Origin: an uncultured delta proteobacterium
GTDB taxonomy: Bacteria > Desulfobacterota > Binatia > Binatales > Binataceae
Length of the DNA stretch: 64,000 bases
NCBI GenBank assembly: GCA_963842085.1
Contig: CAWJET010000002.1
Span: 480,001 to 544,000, forward strand
Direction of reading: 5' to 3'
Part shown: positions 51,676 through 61,573 of the stretch, piece after piece
Layout: each line of letters opens with the position of its first letter
Numbering within the stretch: the stretch's first letter is position 1
The notes under the pieces: model-generated
Databases searched by the model: none
The model's input: the letters and a program-made list of their open reading frames with translations, nothing else
Told to the model about the DNA's origin: nothing
Program-made: the position numbers and the translations under genes

Positions 51676-52156
51676 CGGCGGCGCGAGCTGCGGGCGCTTG
51701 CTTGCGTTGATTGATGAGATCTTCGAGCTCGTGCATGAACTCGTCGATGTCTTTGAACGAGCGATAGACCGACGCGAAGCGCACGTACGCGACCTGGTCG
51801 ATCTTGTGCAGCTCGTTCATGACCGCCAAGCCGATCGCGCTGCTGGCGACCTCGCGCTCGCCCTGCTCAGCCAGCGTGGCCTCGATGCGGTTGGCGATCT
51901 GCTCGATCGTTTCCATCGAGACCGGCCGCTTTTCGCACGCTCGCTTGAGGCCGGCGATTATCTTGGCGCGGTCGAACGGCTCGCGGCGGCCGTCCTTTTT
52001 GACCACCATCGGGGCCGCTTCCTCGACCCGCTCGTAGGTGGTGAAGCGCCGCTTGCATGATGAGCACATGCGGCGGCGCCGAATCATCGTGCCGTCGCTC
52101 GCGAGCCTCGAATCGACTACGCGGTTTCCGCGATGGCGGCAGAACGGGCACCGCAT
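51647..52156 (-). CDS. nrdR: Transcriptional repressor NrdR
   Basis: [32 protein letters not shown]. Confidence 0.97.
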   Translation of the reverse strand: MRCPFCRHRGNRVVDSRLASDGTMIRRRRMCSSCKRRFTTYERVEEAAPMVVKKDGRREPFDRAKIIAGLKRACEKRPVSMETIEQIANRIEATLAEQGEREVASSAIGLAVMNELHKIDQVAYVRFASVYRSFKDIDEFMHELEDLINQRKQAPAARAAGEKKGGGAS

Positions 52157-52233
52157 GGTCTAGCTCCGCAGCGCCCGGACGAGGCGCCGCGGGCGCGGCG
52201 ATTTGTCACGGGCGAGTATTGTGTCGCGCGGTT

Positions 52234-52473
52234 TCAGCTCTTGTGAGCCTCGATATAGGTGACGACGTCTTTGACGGTGCGGATCTTCTCGGCGTCCTCG
52301 TCGGAAATTTCGATGTTGAACTCCTCTTCCAGCGCCATGACCAGCTCGACGATGTCGAGCGAGTCCGCGCCGAGGTCCTCGATGAACGAGGCCTCCGGAG
52401 TTACTTCGTCGGCGGCCACACCCAGTTGCTCGCTTATCTTCTCGCGAACCTTGGTTTCGATGTCTTGAGCCAT
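52234..52473 (-). CDS. acpP: Acyl carrier protein
   Basis: [20 protein letters not shown]. Confidence 0.97.
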   Translation of the reverse strand: MAQDIETKVREKISEQLGVAADEVTPEASFIEDLGADSLDIVELVMALEEEFNIEISDEDAEKIRTVKDVVTYIEAHKS

Positions 52474-52632
52474 CGTGCTCTCGTTCCTCCTGGCAGCAAG
52501 CCGTGATTAGGCCGCCGATCAATATTCCAACATTATCCCACTGCCGCGAAGACCAGAAGGCAACGGTCAGGGGCTCGGGTTCAAGTTATCAGGGCAGCAT
52601 AAGGACTGAAAGGAGCGGACGCAAGGCGGCGC

Positions 52633-53580
52633 TCACGCTTTGGCGGCTGCGGCAGGCTGCGCGACGGCCTTCAACGACGCGAGATCTTCGAGCGGGCGCA
52701 CGCGAATCGTCCTGTACATCCGACGCATCAGGCCCATCAGCACGCGCCCGCAGCCAAATTCGATCGCGTCGGTAACGCCGCTGCGGGCCACGACACCCAT
52801 CGATTCTTCCCATCTTACCGGCGCGGTTATCTGCTCGAGCAGCAGCGGCACGACGCGGGCGGGATCGCGATTCACTTCGGCGGTGACATTCGCGATCACG
52901 CCGAACTTAAACTCGCCGACCTTGAGTGCGCGCAGCACCGGTTCCATCCCATCGCGCGCGGGTTGCATCAGCGGACAATGAAACGGCGCGCTGACCTTCA
53001 ACTCGACAGACATCGACGCACCCCACTCTTTGGCAATTTCCAGCGCGCGGCGGACTGGCGCCGCATGTCCGGCGATGACGACCTGGCCGGGCGCGTTGAG
53101 ATTCGCGGGCACGGCGAGTTTGCCGCCGCCGGTGACTTCCGCGCAGATGTCCTGCACCTGCTGCAGCTCGAGGCCTATCAGCGCCGCCATCGCACCCTGC
53201 CCCGGCGGCACGGCCTCCTGCATCAGGCGTCCACGCTCGCGCACCGCACGGATCGCGTCGGCAAACCCAATCGCGCCGGCCGCGACCAACGCGCTGTATT
53301 CGCCAAGACTATGGCCCGCCGCGATTTCCGGTTCGCCGCCGATTTCATTGCGATAGACGCGCAGCGCCGCTATCGAAGCTGCCACGATCGCGGGCTGAGT
53401 ATTGGCCGTCAGCCGCAATTCTTCTTCGGGACCTTCGAAGCAGAGCCTGGAGAGCGGAAACCCCAGCGTGTCGTCGGCTTCCTTGAAGGTGTCGCGCGCG
53501 GCGGCGAAGTTATCCGCGAGCTCCTTGCCCATCCCGACCCGCTGCGATCCCTGCCCGGGAAAAAGAAACGCCAGCTTCAT
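52633..53580 (-). CDS. fabD: Malonyl-CoA:ACP transacylase
   Basis: FPGQGSQ, GHSLGEY, SAPFH, PVRW. Confidence 0.96.
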   Translation of the reverse strand: MKLAFLFPGQGSQRVGMGKELADNFAAARDTFKEADDTLGFPLSRLCFEGPEEELRLTANTQPAIVAASIAALRVYRNEIGGEPEIAAGHSLGEYSALVAAGAIGFADAIRAVRERGRLMQEAVPPGQGAMAALIGLELQQVQDICAEVTGGGKLAVPANLNAPGQVVIAGHAAPVRRALEIAKEWGASMSVELKVSAPFHCPLMQPARDGMEPVLRALKVGEFKFGVIANVTAEVNRDPARVVPLLLEQITAPVRWEESMGVVARSGVTDAIEFGCGRVLMGLMRRMYRTIRVRPLEDLASLKAVAQPAAAAKA

Positions 53581-53594
53581 CTAGCGCCGGCGCC

Positions 53595-55007
53595 TCACGA
53601 ATCGCTCTTCGGACGATCCGGCGAATGAGTGCCCGCGTCGGATTCGTCGCGCGTGTGCAATTCGCCGGATTTGTGCGTTCTGTCGCCGGCAGCCGTGCCG
53701 TTCGTCGACGTTGTCGCCGCGCCGGCGTCAGGGGATTCGGCCCGCGCTGCATCCTTCAACGCGCCACTGCCGCGCGAGCGAGAGTGCGTGGATTCGTAGT
53801 TGGCGCGCTCGATTTTGGGATCGGCGAGATAGTCCGCCGCGTGCGGCGGCGGCTCCCGCAGCGTGCCGGTATCGCCCGCCGGCGCGGGACGCGAGTCGTC
53901 GCGCCTGGCCGCCTCGCCTTCCTTGTCGCGGCGATGCAACCGTTCGCGCATTTTGCCGAACAGCGCGCGGATTCCCTTGCCGGCAGCCGGCTTCACCGGC
54001 CCGACCGGCTGAATCTTGGCAAGGATTTCCAGAATCTCGGCGTTCACGTTATGCACGAGTTGTTCGTTCGCCGCGGCTCGAATCGCATTTCGGATCGCCT
54101 TGGGATTCGACGAACCGTGCGCGATGATCGACACGCCACTGACGCCGAGCAGTGGTGCGCCGCCGTATTCCGACGGATCGAGCCGCTCGCGCATCGCGCT
54201 CAGATTCTTTCTCACCAGCAGGTACGCCAGCCGTGTGCGCCACTTTCCGCCGAACATCTCGCGCAGGCTGCCGAGCAGGAACGCGGAGAACCCTTCCATC
54301 GTCTTGAGCGCGACGTTGCCGGTGAATCCGTCGGTGACGACGACGTCCGCCTTGCCGCGGTTGATGTCGCGCCCCTCGACGTACCCGATGTAATGCACGT
54401 AGGTCGGCATCTGCTCGAGCATCGCGGCCGCGGCGCGCGTGATGTCGGTGCCTTTCGAGCGCTCCTCGCCGTTGGAGAGAATCCCGACGCGCGGCCGCGA
54501 GACGTTGCGCACGTAACGCCAGTACACGCTCCCCATCACGGCGAATTGCACGAGGTTAACCGGCTTCACGTCGGTATTGGCGCCCGCGTCGATCAGCAGG
54601 CTGAAACCCTCGCTGGTCGGCACCAGCGACGCGATCGCGGGCCGATCGACGTGCATGAGGTTGCCAAGGATCATCATCGACGCCGTCATCACGGCACCCG
54701 AATTTCCGGCGCTGACAAACGCGCTGGCGTCGCCGCGCTTGACCAGGTCGAGTCCGACGTGAATCGAGGAGCGCGGCTTGGACAGCACCGATTCGAGCGG
54801 CGAGTCGTCCATCAGAACGACTTCGGGCGCGTGCTCGATTCGGATTGGCAGGTTGGCGGCTTCGTGGTCGGCGAGCTCGCGCGCGAGGACCTCGCCGTCG
54901 CCCACCATCACGACCTCGATGCCGAAGTCGCGCGCTGCCAGGACGGCGCCCTCAACGGTCGCCTTGGGAGCGAGATCGCCCCCCATCGCGTCGAGCGCGA
55001 TTTTCAC
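53595..55007 (-). CDS. plsX: Phosphate acyltransferase PlsX with long C-terminal extension
   Basis: IALDAMGGD, SAGNSGA, DAGAN, DGFTGNVALKT, GGAPLLG, HGSS. Confidence 0.95.
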   Translation of the reverse strand: MKIALDAMGGDLAPKATVEGAVLAARDFGIEVVMVGDGEVLARELADHEAANLPIRIEHAPEVVLMDDSPLESVLSKPRSSIHVGLDLVKRGDASAFVSAGNSGAVMTASMMILGNLMHVDRPAIASLVPTSEGFSLLIDAGANTDVKPVNLVQFAVMGSVYWRYVRNVSRPRVGILSNGEERSKGTDITRAAAAMLEQMPTYVHYIGYVEGRDINRGKADVVVTDGFTGNVALKTMEGFSAFLLGSLREMFGGKWRTRLAYLLVRKNLSAMRERLDPSEYGGAPLLGVSGVSIIAHGSSNPKAIRNAIRAAANEQLVHNVNAEILEILAKIQPVGPVKPAAGKGIRALFGKMRERLHRRDKEGEAARRDDSRPAPAGDTGTLREPPPHAADYLADPKIERANYESTHSRSRGSGALKDAARAESPDAGAATTSTNGTAAGDRTHKSGELHTRDESDAGTHSPDRPKSDS

Positions 55008-55025
55008 GGTCGTACTCCGCCGCGC

Positions 55026-55205
55026 CTATTCCTTTATCTCCGCGAGCTGGCGGCCGCGGTAGGCGCCGCAATGGCGGCAGATGCGATGCGGCATCACGGG
55101 CTCGCCGCACGCCGCGCAGATGCCGGGGTTGACGGCCCGCAGCGCATCATGCGCGCGGCGCATGTTTTTCTTCGAGTGCGAAGTTCGGCGTTTGGGTGCT
55201 TGCAT
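55026..55205 (-). CDS. rpmF: 50S ribosomal protein L32 (Zn-ribbon form)
   Basis: Manual translation MQAPKRRTSHSKKNMRRAHDAL...CAACGEPVMPHRICRHCGAYRGR (59 aa, below the ORF-track cutoff); lies between yceD and plsX. Confidence 0.95.
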   Translation of the reverse strand: MQAPKRRTSHSKKNMRRAHDALRAVNPGICAACGEPVMPHRICRHCGAYRGRQLAEIKE

Positions 55206-55233
55206 GACGAATTACTTCCTGGTGTTGAGCTTA

Positions 55234-55767
55234 TCAGGTGCGCGGCAGTTTAAGCGACCGGATTGCTTCCAGCCGCGGATCGAGGGTTTCCACGCGGCAT
55301 TCGCAGGCGCTGCGATTCAGATTCACCCCGCAATGCGGGCACAGGCCGCGGCAGTCCTCCTGGCACAGCGGACGCGTGGGCAAGGCCAGCAGCACTTGCT
55401 CGCGAATCAGCGGGCTCAAGTCCACCTCGTCGCCCTCGTACAGCGAAAATTCCAGGTCCTCCGCACGAAGATTGTCGTCGTCATAGCCGATCGCCTTGGG
55501 CGACAGCACGAAACGAAACGGCCGGTCGCCGTCTGCGTCGAAATCCTCGGCGCATCGCGCGCACACGGCCCGAGTCCTGGTCTTCAGGTCGCCCGCGAAG
55601 AACAGTTCCGTCCCCGCGCGATAATAGGACACCGACACGTCAACCGGCCCTTCCAGGTGATATTCGCGGATCGGCCCGTCGCCCAGGATACGGTTGATTT
55701 CCTGCTCCGGCTCGGCAAACGCCATCTCTTTGGCATCCGCCGTTATGTCCTCGATTCGGATTTTCAC
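55234..55767 (-). CDS. yceD: YceD/DUF177 family protein
   Basis: CARC, VDLSPLIREQVLLALP, LCQEDCRGLCPHCG, DPRL. Confidence 0.92.
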   Translation of the reverse strand: MKIRIEDITADAKEMAFAEPEQEINRILGDGPIREYHLEGPVDVSVSYYRAGTELFFAGDLKTRTRAVCARCAEDFDADGDRPFRFVLSPKAIGYDDDNLRAEDLEFSLYEGDEVDLSPLIREQVLLALPTRPLCQEDCRGLCPHCGVNLNRSACECRVETLDPRLEAIRSLKLPRT

Positions 55768-55913
55768 TTTTCACGGCTCACGTGACGCGTTGGACGGGAT
55801 TGGTGGGACAAGAATTATTGCATTTCGAGCGCGATGTTCAAATATGCCGGTTGGCGCAGCCGCGGCTTTCGCTGTAGCGTCGGGAATAATTTCGTCGTCG
55901 AGGTGCTTTTGCG

Positions 55914-57173
55914 ATGGCTACCGACCGCTTCACCTTTCCCCCGAATTTTCTCTGGGGAACCGCCACTGCCGCCCACCAGGTCGAGGGCAACAACGTCAAC
56001 TGCGACTACTGGCTGCTCGAGCACGCGCCCGGCTCGCCGTTCGTCGAGCCGTCGGGCGACGCGTGCGACCAGTACCATCTCTACGCCGACGACATCGCGA
56101 TGCTCGCGCGGCTCGGCTTCAATGCCTATCGCTTCTCGATCGAATGGGCCCGCATCGAGCCCGAGCCCGGCGAGTTCTCGCGCGCCGCCCTCGACCATTA
56201 CCGGCGCGTGCTCGGCTGCTGCCACGAGCACAAGATCACGCCGGTCGTGACGTTTCATCATTTCACTTCGCCGCGATGGGTTACCGGCGACGGCGGATGG
56301 GAAGACAAAAAAACCGCCGAGCTATTCGCGAGATACTGCGAGCGCGCGGCCGCGCATCTTGGCGACCTGATCGGCGTCGCATGTACGATCAACGAGGCTA
56401 ATCTGAGTGCCTACCAATATTTGATCGGCACGATGCCGCTGAAGCTCGACCCGTCGCGCCTGAACTGGCTCTCAGAGGCGGCGCGGCGCATCGGCGCCGA
56501 TCCGAATCGCTTCGCCCCGTACCTGATGTGCGATCAGATGAAGGCGCGCGATGTGATGCTCGAGGCGCATCGCCTCGCCGCCGCCGCGCTCAAATCGTCA
56601 CGGGGCAAATATCCGGTGGGAATCTGCCTCGCGCTCGGCGATCTCCAGGCCGCGCCCGGCGGCGAGGTTCGACGCGATCGCATCAAGGCCGAATGCCAGG
56701 ACATTTTTTACGAGGCGGCGCGCGGCGACGACTACATCGGCGTCCAGACCTACACGCGCAATCGCATCGGCGCCGAGGGCACCCTGCGCCCGGAAGCCGG
56801 CGTCGAGACCACGATGATGGGTTACGAGTTCTTGCCCGAAGCGCTCGAAGCGACGATCCGCCAGGCCAGCGCAATAGCAAAAGTTCCGGTCATCGTCACC
56901 GAAAATGGCATTGGCACCGACAAGGACGATCGCCGGATCGAGTACGTGCGGCGCGCCCTGAACGGCGTCGCGCGATGCATCCGCGACGGCATCGACGTCC
57001 GCGGCTACTGCTACTGGTCGCTGCTCGACAACTTCGAGTGGAACTCAGGCTACCGCCCAACCTTCGGCCTGGTCGCCGTAGATCGCCAAACCCAGACGCG
57101 CTCGCTCAAACCAAGCGCACAATGGCTCGGCAACCTAGCCCGCGCCAACGCTATGGACATCGCAGGCGACTGA
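55914..57173 (+). CDS. Glycoside hydrolase family 1 (beta-glucosidase-like)
   Basis: FLWGTATAAHQVEG, YRFSIEWARIEP, TINE, VTENG, WSLLDNFEW. Confidence 0.94.
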   Translation: MATDRFTFPPNFLWGTATAAHQVEGNNVNCDYWLLEHAPGSPFVEPSGDACDQYHLYADDIAMLARLGFNAYRFSIEWARIEPEPGEFSRAALDHYRRVLGCCHEHKITPVVTFHHFTSPRWVTGDGGWEDKKTAELFARYCERAAAHLGDLIGVACTINEANLSAYQYLIGTMPLKLDPSRLNWLSEAARRIGADPNRFAPYLMCDQMKARDVMLEAHRLAAAALKSSRGKYPVGICLALGDLQAAPGGEVRRDRIKAECQDIFYEAARGDDYIGVQTYTRNRIGAEGTLRPEAGVETTMMGYEFLPEALEATIRQASAIAKVPVIVTENGIGTDKDDRRIEYVRRALNGVARCIRDGIDVRGYCYWSLLDNFEWNSGYRPTFGLVAVDRQTQTRSLKPSAQWLGNLARANAMDIAGD

Positions 57174-57194
57174 GAAGGTCCCTGCCCTCTTTTG

Positions 57195-57222
57195 TGTCAT
57201 TCTGAGCGAAGCGAAGAATCTC
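57195..57222. repeat. REP-like repeat half (TGTCATTCTGAGCGAAGCGAAGAATCTC)
   Basis: Same family as 30707; supplies the nth stop codon. Confidence 0.72.
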
Positions 57223-57910
57223 GGCGGACGCTCCTGCGACCGGCCCCAGCGCGCACCCTCCCCACTCCAATCCTCGGGCAATCCGCGACGATTGCACAAA
57301 CCTCGCACAGCGGCTTGCGCGCGAGGCAAATCTGGCGCCCATGCAGAATCAGGCGCATCGAGAACGGCGTCCAATCTCGCGCCGGCAGAATCTTCTGCAT
57401 GTCGATTTCAATCCTCGCGGGATCCGTATTCTTCGTGAATCCCAGCCGATACGTCAGCCGCCGCACATGCGTGTCCACGACGAACCCGGGCTTGCCGAAG
57501 ATATGCCCGAGAATCACGTTCGCAGTCTTGCGCCCGACGCCCGGAATCTTCACCAGCGCGTCCATCTCGGACGGAACCTCGCCGCCGTAGTCCTCGACGA
57601 TCTTCCGCGCCGCGCCCATCAGCGAGCGCGTTTTCTGGCGAAAGAACCCGGTCTTGACGATTAACTCTTCGACGTGGCGCGGATCCGCCGCCGCCATCGC
57701 GCGCGCGTCGGGGTACTCGCGGAACAGCCTCGGCGTTACGCGATTGACGCCCGCGTCGGTGGACTGCGCCGACAGGATCGTCGCCGCCAGGCATTGCCAC
57801 GGCGTTTCGAAATCAAGGCTGATGCGCGCTTGGGGATACAGCTTCGCAAGCGCGCGTGACACTCGGCCCGCGCGTTTCTTCAACTCCGCGACCGATTCGC
57901 GTGCCGCCAT
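57197..57910 (-). CDS. nth: Endonuclease III
   Basis: ILSAQSTD, PGVGRKTANV, VDTHV, CLARKPLCEVC...CP Fe-S motif. Confidence 0.96.
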   Translation of the reverse strand: MAARESVAELKKRAGRVSRALAKLYPQARISLDFETPWQCLAATILSAQSTDAGVNRVTPRLFREYPDARAMAAADPRHVEELIVKTGFFRQKTRSLMGAARKIVEDYGGEVPSEMDALVKIPGVGRKTANVILGHIFGKPGFVVDTHVRRLTYRLGFTKNTDPARIEIDMQKILPARDWTPFSMRLILHGRQICLARKPLCEVCAIVADCPRIGVGRVRAGAGRRSVRRDSSLRSE

Positions 57911-57916
57911 GACCGC

Positions 57917-59545
57917 TCACGCCACGACGCGCCGGCTCTGCTGCTCATGCGTGAAGCGCGCGACTTCGCCGTCCTCGCGCGCGCGGTCCCATCCGAGCTC
58001 GGCCGCCATGATTCGCGCGACGGCGGGTGCCGCCGCCTCCGCCTCGACCGGCGAGCGCCACGACAGCGACGTGCGCCGAATCAGAAAATCTGCCACCGAA
58101 TGCGCCATCTCGCTGCTGACCGCATTTACGACTTCGGCGCCAATCGCAGGACAGTTGCGCGATAGCGGCTCGGCGAGTTCGGGCCGGCGCGATGCTATCC
58201 GCGCGACGATCGGCGCGCGCGTCCCGTAACGCGCCTTCAGAATTTCAGCCGCCGCGGCCGGGATACTTCGCATCGCCGCGCCGCCGCCTGACTCATCGCC
58301 CACAGCCAACGGCCGCGCGCCGGGAAACGGCGTCGCGAGCGTCGGACAGATTCCTGCCGGCCGGCCGAGCCTCTTCATCACGAGATCGACGAGCTTCTGC
58401 GCGATCTCGCGATGCGTCGTGAACTTGCCGCCCGCCACCGTGATCATGCCCGACGCGCTCTCGAGGATCACTTCCTCGCGCGGCACCGCTGACGGCGCCG
58501 CGCCGTCCTTCTCCCGGATAAGCGCACGCAGTCCGGCAAAGCTCGTCGCCACGTCGGCGTTCATCAGCTTGATTCCCGGCAGACTCTCGGCCAGCACCGC
58601 GAGCAGATATTCGACATCGCCAATCTCGGTCCTGACGCTTGCCGGGTCGCCCGCAAAATCCGTGTCGGTCGTGCCGACCAGTACGTAGCGGTCATGCGGC
58701 ATCACGAACACGATCCGGCCGCGCTCGTCGGCGAGCACCAGCGATTCCCGCACCGGCAAAATCGTTCGCGCGAACACCAGGTGCACGCCCTTGGTCAAGC
58801 GCACGCACGGCTTCGCCGCGGGATCGTCCATCCGCCGTATCTCGTCCACCCACGGCCCGCCGGCGTTCAGGAACTTCTTCGCGCGAACCTCGCCGACGGC
58901 TCCGCCGAGCAGATCGCGCAAGCTCGCCGACGCGATCCTGCCGCCGGCCATGTTGAACTTCTCGACCGCCATGTAATTCGCCACTGCCGCGTCGTGCAAG
59001 TCCGCGTCGAGCACGTTCTCGAACGTGACCCGCGCGTCGTCGGCCCACGCGTCGAAGTACATCGCGCCGCCCGTCAAGCCGTCGCGGCTGAGTGCGGGCT
59101 CCGTCTCGCGCACCTCGGCCGCATTGAGACTCGAGTGCCACTCCTTGAACGGAATCCGCGCGAACAGGTCGTACAGCGTCAGTCCCATCGCCATCGTGAA
59201 ACGATTGAAGCCGCGGCGCCGATAAACAGGGAAAAGAAATTGAATCGGATGCACCAGATGCGGCGCGGTGCGATGACGCAGGCGCTCGCGCTCGCGCAGC
59301 GCCTCGTACACGAGCTTGAACTGTCCCTGCGGTAGATAGCGAAAGCCGCCGTGAATCAGCTTCGATGATCGCGACGAGGTGGCGCCCGCGAAATCGCCGC
59401 GCTCGATCAGCGCGACCCGCAAGCCGCGCATCGACGCGTCGCGCGCGACGGCCGCGCCATTGATACCCGCGCCGATTACCGCGAGGTCGAATTCCTCGTC
59501 GCGAAATCGCGCCAAGCTCTTTTGACGGTTCAGGGTCGAGGCCAA
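57917..59545 (-). CDS. glpD: FAD-dependent glycerol-3-phosphate dehydrogenase/oxidase
   Basis: IGAGING, TSSRSSKLIHGGFRYL, DDAR, KGVHL, GTTDT, GGKFTTHR. Confidence 0.92.
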   Translation of the reverse strand: MASTLNRQKSLARFRDEEFDLAVIGAGINGAAVARDASMRGLRVALIERGDFAGATSSRSSKLIHGGFRYLPQGQFKLVYEALRERERLRHRTAPHLVHPIQFLFPVYRRRGFNRFTMAMGLTLYDLFARIPFKEWHSSLNAAEVRETEPALSRDGLTGGAMYFDAWADDARVTFENVLDADLHDAAVANYMAVEKFNMAGGRIASASLRDLLGGAVGEVRAKKFLNAGGPWVDEIRRMDDPAAKPCVRLTKGVHLVFARTILPVRESLVLADERGRIVFVMPHDRYVLVGTTDTDFAGDPASVRTEIGDVEYLLAVLAESLPGIKLMNADVATSFAGLRALIREKDGAAPSAVPREEVILESASGMITVAGGKFTTHREIAQKLVDLVMKRLGRPAGICPTLATPFPGARPLAVGDESGGGAAMRSIPAAAAEILKARYGTRAPIVARIASRRPELAEPLSRNCPAIGAEVVNAVSSEMAHSVADFLIRRTSLSWRSPVEAEAAAPAVARIMAAELGWDRAREDGEVARFTHEQQSRRVVA

Positions 59546-59557
59546 CGCATTCGACCG

Positions 59558-60163
59558 TCAGTCTTCCGGGTCTTCCTGGAACGAGTAGCGCTCCTCGGTC
59601 CACGGGTGGGCATGGTTGTGATAGCCGCGCACTTCCCAGAAGCCGCGCCGGTCGATATCGGCAAACTCTATTGCACGCACCCACTTGGCGCTCTTCCATC
59701 CGTACAACTTCGGCACCACCAGCCGCAGCGGAAACCCGTGATCGGGTTCGAGCTCGCGCCCGTCATGCCGATACGCCAGCATCACGTCCTCATCGATAAA
59801 TTCGTTCAGCGGCAGATTGGTCGTGTAGCCGCCGTCGCAATGGATTATCACGTGGCGCGCTTCGGGACTGAGCTTCACCAGCTTGATCAGGTCCGCGACC
59901 CGGACGCCCTCCCACGCATTGTCGAGCCGCGACCACGTCGTCACGCAATGAAAATCCGAAACCTGGTGCGACTGCGGCAGCGCGCGGAATTCCTCGTACG
60001 AAAATCGCAGCGGCTTCTCGACCAGGCCCACAACCTTGAAATCCCACGTCCTGGGATCGAAGCGCGGCGTTGGTCCGTAGCTCAGGACGGGAAATTTGTC
60101 AGTCAGGACCTGTCCCGGCGGGACCCGCGCGGCAACGTCCTGCGCGATGCGCGGCTTTGCCAT
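59558..60163 (-). CDS. Sulfite oxidase-like molybdopterin oxidoreductase (YuiH-like)
   Basis: PPGQ, DFHCVTTWS, HGFPLRLVVP, WKSAKW, GFWE..GYH; start set at ATG 60163. Confidence 0.9.
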   Translation of the reverse strand: MAKPRIAQDVAARVPPGQVLTDKFPVLSYGPTPRFDPRTWDFKVVGLVEKPLRFSYEEFRALPQSHQVSDFHCVTTWSRLDNAWEGVRVADLIKLVKLSPEARHVIIHCDGGYTTNLPLNEFIDEDVMLAYRHDGRELEPDHGFPLRLVVPKLYGWKSAKWVRAIEFADIDRRGFWEVRGYHNHAHPWTEERYSFQEDPED

Positions 60164-60312
60164 ACGCGTGACTATTATCCGACCGGTAGATCTGGCGAAA
60201 GAGTCGAGCGCAGCTTGAATCGCACGCACGCGCGAGGAATCTAACCCCTGGCCCCTTCCCGCGCAGGAAGGCGAACCAGACGCGCAGAAGCGCCGTCACA
60301 TTTACCCTTCCA

Positions 60313-61437
60313 TCATCCCCGCGACATCGCGCGCACGATCGCCGCCGTCACCTCCTGCGTCGAAGCTTTGCCGCCTACGTCGCGCGTCAACACCTTGCCC
60401 GACCGCAGCACCGACGCCGTCGCGGCGCGAATCTTCTCGCCGGCTGCGCGATAGCCGAGGTAGTCCAGCATCATCGCGCTCGACAGGATCATCGCTATCG
60501 GATTGGCGACGCCCTTGCCCGCGATATCCGGCGCCGTCCCGTGCACCGCTTCGAAGATCGCGCCCTTGTCGCCGTAATTCGCGCCCGGCACCAGCCCCAA
60601 TCCTCCGACCAGCCCGGCGCACAGGTCCGAAACGATGTCGCCGTAGAGATTTTCCAGCAGCAGCACGTCGAACGATTCGGGATGCGTCACCAGCCGCATG
60701 CAGGCCGCGTCGACGATCTGTTCCTGGTAGCGAATCGACGGATAGCCCGCCGACACCGCGCGCGCGCATTTCAGGAACAGGCCGTCCGACAGCTTCATGA
60801 TGTTGGCTTTGTGAATCGCCGTGATCGATAGCCGCCGATGCTGCCGCGCATAGTCGAACGCGAACTTCGCGATCCGTCGCGACGCGCGCGCCGTGATCAC
60901 CTTGATACTCTCGACCACGCCCGGCGCGATCTCGTGCTCGATTCCCGAGTACAAATCTTCCGTGTTCTCGCGCACCACGATCAGATTCACGTTGCGAAAC
61001 GGCGTCTGCACGCCGGCAAAGCTCATCGTCGGACGCACGTTGGCGTAGAGGTCGAACGTGCGCCGCAGATGCACGTTGATCGAGCGCCATCCTTCCGCTA
61101 CGCGCGTCTCGAGCGGCCCCTTGAGCGCCACCCCGGTGCGCTTGAGCGATTTGATCAGCGCGTCCGGCACCGGAGTGCCGAAGCGTCGGAACGCGTTCAT
61201 TCCCGCCGCCTGCCGATCCCATGCGAGGTTGATTCCAGTCGCCTCGATCACTGTGAGCGCCGCGCTCACCACTTCCGGCCCGACACCGTCGCCCGGAATC
61301 AACGTGACTGCGCGACCCGGTTGCGGCCTGGCGCGTCGCGACGTCGACGCGATCGACCCCAACGAGGTCGGGATTGATGCGGTTGCAGCGGATTTTTCGG
61401 TCACGGTATTCCGGTCTAAGTGATCGGAGCGTGCCAA
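60313..61437 (-). CDS. Isocitrate/isopropylmalate dehydrogenase family protein (NAD-IDH-like)
   Basis: [55 protein letters not shown]; start uncertain. Confidence 0.9.
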   Translation of the reverse strand: MARSDHLDRNTVTEKSAATASIPTSLGSIASTSRRARPQPGRAVTLIPGDGVGPEVVSAALTVIEATGINLAWDRQAAGMNAFRRFGTPVPDALIKSLKRTGVALKGPLETRVAEGWRSINVHLRRTFDLYANVRPTMSFAGVQTPFRNVNLIVVRENTEDLYSGIEHEIAPGVVESIKVITARASRRIAKFAFDYARQHRRLSITAIHKANIMKLSDGLFLKCARAVSAGYPSIRYQEQIVDAACMRLVTHPESFDVLLLENLYGDIVSDLCAGLVGGLGLVPGANYGDKGAIFEAVHGTAPDIAGKGVANPIAMILSSAMMLDYLGYRAAGEKIRAATASVLRSGKVLTRDVGGKASTQEVTAAIVRAMSRG

Positions 61438-61477
61438 TCAACGATTGAAGACTCGAACGACAGACAGTGAAAGATTG

Positions 61478-61518
61478 AAAAAACGAAGCCCGGCCGGTCG
61501 TCGAGACCGCCGGGCTTC
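61478..61518 (-). terminator. Intrinsic terminator
   Basis: GAAGCCCGG...CCGGGCTTC stem followed on the minus strand by T6; downstream of the 61574-62121 gene. Confidence 0.7.
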
Positions 61519-61573
61519 ATATCTGGCTCAGGTTTCGCGTCGAGCCGCTTGCGGTGGCTCGCCACGTCACAAA

